A stretch of 64,000 nt of DNA, counting the filler, from Candidatus Babelota bacterium (GTDB lineage: Bacteria > JAGOBX01): NCBI GenBank assembly GCA_017999075.1. It is 7 parts of 7 records of this genome, joined end to end, with 100 filler letters (N's around TTAATTAATTAA, not from the genome) between each part and the next. Parts side by side here need not be neighbours in the genome. Positions count along the whole stretch, not along the records: positions 58,424 to 64,000 come from JAGOBX010000271.1; 6 more parts are not named here. One strand, 5' to 3'. The position numbers and the translations under genes are program-made. The notes below the pieces were generated by a model, which ran no database searches, was not told the DNA's origin, and worked only from the letters and a program-made list of their open reading frames with translations. Of this stretch, positions 62,309 to 64,000 are shown one piece after another; position 1 is the first letter of the stretch, and each line of letters starts with the position of its first letter.

Positions 62309-63958
62309 ATGAATAGAAAATATAACGTATTGTTTGTTTATCCGGCGGTTGCTAAAAAAGGTGAGTATTACGCTTTTCCTTTAGGAATCGCCTATGTTTA
62401 CGCGTATGCTGAACAAAATAATATTTCTTGTTATTCGCTTAATCTTAATCATTGTGAAAATCCTGAAACTGCATTGAGCGATTCAATAAAAAAAAACAAT
62501 ATAGATGTAGTTGCTTCCGGAACAATTTCTTTTTTTTGGAAAGAAATTGAATATGTTTTTCAAACTGTAAAAAAAATTAAGCCGGATATCATAACTATAG
62601 CAGGAGGATCTATCATCACTTCTACTCCTGAGCTTGCATTAAAAAATTTACCGGTTGATTATGGAGTGTTAGGCGAAGGTGAAATAACTTTTACCGAACT
62701 CGTAAATGCATTAAATAACGGGGTGGAACTTGAAAATGTTAATGGGATTATTTATAGGGATTCGTCGGGGAAATTAAAAAAAACTTCTGAAAGAAAACCA
62801 ATAATGAATCTTGATGAATTGCCGTTTCCCGATTATTCGGCTTTCGATTTTGAAAAATGGTTAGATATTGACTGGGTGTTGCAGCCTTCTATAAAAGGAA
62901 TATACTATGATTATAACCAGGTTAAGAGGCTTGCTGAAATTATAGGTTCGAGATCATGTCCTTTTGCCTGCACATTTTGTTATCACCCGCTTGGAAAGAT
63001 TTATAGACAAAGATCAGTAGAAAATATTTTTTATGAAATTGATATGCTGATAAAAAAATATGATATTAATCTATTGAATTTTTTAGACGAGCTTTTTTCT
63101 CTGGACAAACAGAGAATTGAAGATATAAGCGTAAAAATTTCAAAATATGGTATTAAATGGATGGCTCAGTGGCGTGTAAATGAAGTGACAGAAGATATTA
63201 TGGATAAAATCAAAAAATCTAATGTTTTTTTGATAGGTCTCGGAGTTGAAAGTCTGGATGACACTGTTCTGAAAAGTATGAAAAAAAAAATAACCAGAGA
63301 ACAAATTATCACCGCGCTGTCAATTGCTGAAAAAGCCGGAGTCCGTACAGGAAGCAACCTTATTTTTGGAGATGTGGAAGAAACTGAATCCAGCGCATAT
63401 TTTTCTTTAAACTGGATGCTTAAACAAAAACAGTATGATTTTGCTCTTGATTTTATTATGGCTATTCCCGATTCTGATTTGTATAAATTTGCAAATGAAA
63501 AAGAAATTATTAAAAATGAGCTGAATCATATTAAGGAAAGATTTCCTATTATTAATTTGTCTAAAATACCAAACAAAAAATTTGAAAAGTTAAAACGGAA
63601 AGTAGCTTTTTTAAATATTACTCTTAACCATAAAGTTTCTGCAGAAGTTGTAAAATCAATAAAAACAGAAGAAACATATCTTAATAGACAAATCTACTCG
63701 TTTGATGTAAAATGCCCGTTATGCGGAAAAGTCTCTAATTATAAATTTTATATGTTCAGCAAAAAACCTGTTACTCCGGTATTATGCAAATATTGTTATA
63801 AAGTTTTAAAAATCAAAACCGGAGCAGTATTTTATGAAGAATATAATTTTATTAAAGCATATTTGTTTTTATTTTTGCTTTTATTGTATCATTTATATCT
63901 TTATAAAATGCAGTTTTTTAAAAAAATATTTGTTTATATAAAGAAAAAGAATAAATAA
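62309..63958 (+). CDS. B12-binding radical SAM protein
   Basis: PLGIAY, GEGE, SRSCPFACTFC, FLDELF, GVES. Confidence 0.9.
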   Translation: MNRKYNVLFVYPAVAKKGEYYAFPLGIAYVYAYAEQNNISCYSLNLNHCENPETALSDSIKKNNIDVVASGTISFFWKEIEYVFQTVKKIKPDIITIAGGSIITSTPELALKNLPVDYGVLGEGEITFTELVNALNNGVELENVNGIIYRDSSGKLKKTSERKPIMNLDELPFPDYSAFDFEKWLDIDWVLQPSIKGIYYDYNQVKRLAEIIGSRSCPFACTFCYHPLGKIYRQRSVENIFYEIDMLIKKYDINLLNFLDELFSLDKQRIEDISVKISKYGIKWMAQWRVNEVTEDIMDKIKKSNVFLIGLGVESLDDTVLKSMKKKITREQIITALSIAEKAGVRTGSNLIFGDVEETESSAYFSLNWMLKQKQYDFALDFIMAIPDSDLYKFANEKEIIKNELNHIKERFPIINLSKIPNKKFEKLKRKVAFLNITLNHKVSAEVVKSIKTEETYLNRQIYSFDVKCPLCGKVSNYKFYMFSKKPVTPVLCKYCYKVLKIKTGAVFYEEYNFIKAYLFLFLLLLYHLYLYKMQFFKKIFVYIKKKNK

Positions 63959-64000
63959 TGAAAAATCAAATTAAGTTCGCTGTTTTGTCCTATGTCAACG

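Noticed and set aside
527-63357. Numerous short antisense or nested ORFs in the track
   Set aside because: They overlap well-supported genes and show no recognisable motifs.

Overview
AT-rich bacterial draft genome or MAG. The window is seven unrelated ~9.5 kb contigs joined by artificial 100-bp N-TTAATTAATTAA-N linkers, so adjacency across linkers means nothing. Contig 1 (1-9839): surface-glycan biosynthesis and modification cluster (GT2, GT4, four methyltransferases, an atypical radical SAM enzyme, pseudogene remnants). Contig 2 (9940-19611): two prepilin-like genes, a TPR protein, a 2091-aa repeat protein with a T9SS/FlgD-like C-terminal sorting domain, and an adjacent PorV-like barrel. 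Contig 3 (19712-29358): FKBP fragment, gdhA, rsmD, DhnA-type aldolase, TetR-TolC-MFP-RND. Contig 4 (29459-39066), the most interesting: an apparent polymorphic toxin-like cassette array. A 933-aa putative lipoprotein (2x HhH, bacterial TSP3-like repeats, linker, variable C-terminus) is followed by a secreted partner, then by headless alternative C-terminal cassettes and further secreted partner genes, with a 265-bp near-identical anchor, duplications and pseudogenes. Contig 5 (39167-48711): SGNH hydrolase, ispF, radA, NtrC-type regulator, MFP-RND. Contig 6 (48812-58323): tex fragment, degenerate CheA-like protein, MoxR, nitrilase, acidic membrane protein, GT-C-like enzymes, arcC. Contig 7 (58424-64000): methyltransferase, hybrid PAS/GAF kinase, B12 radical SAM. 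No rRNA, tRNA or CRISPR array seen. All family calls come from motif recognition; no database search was run.
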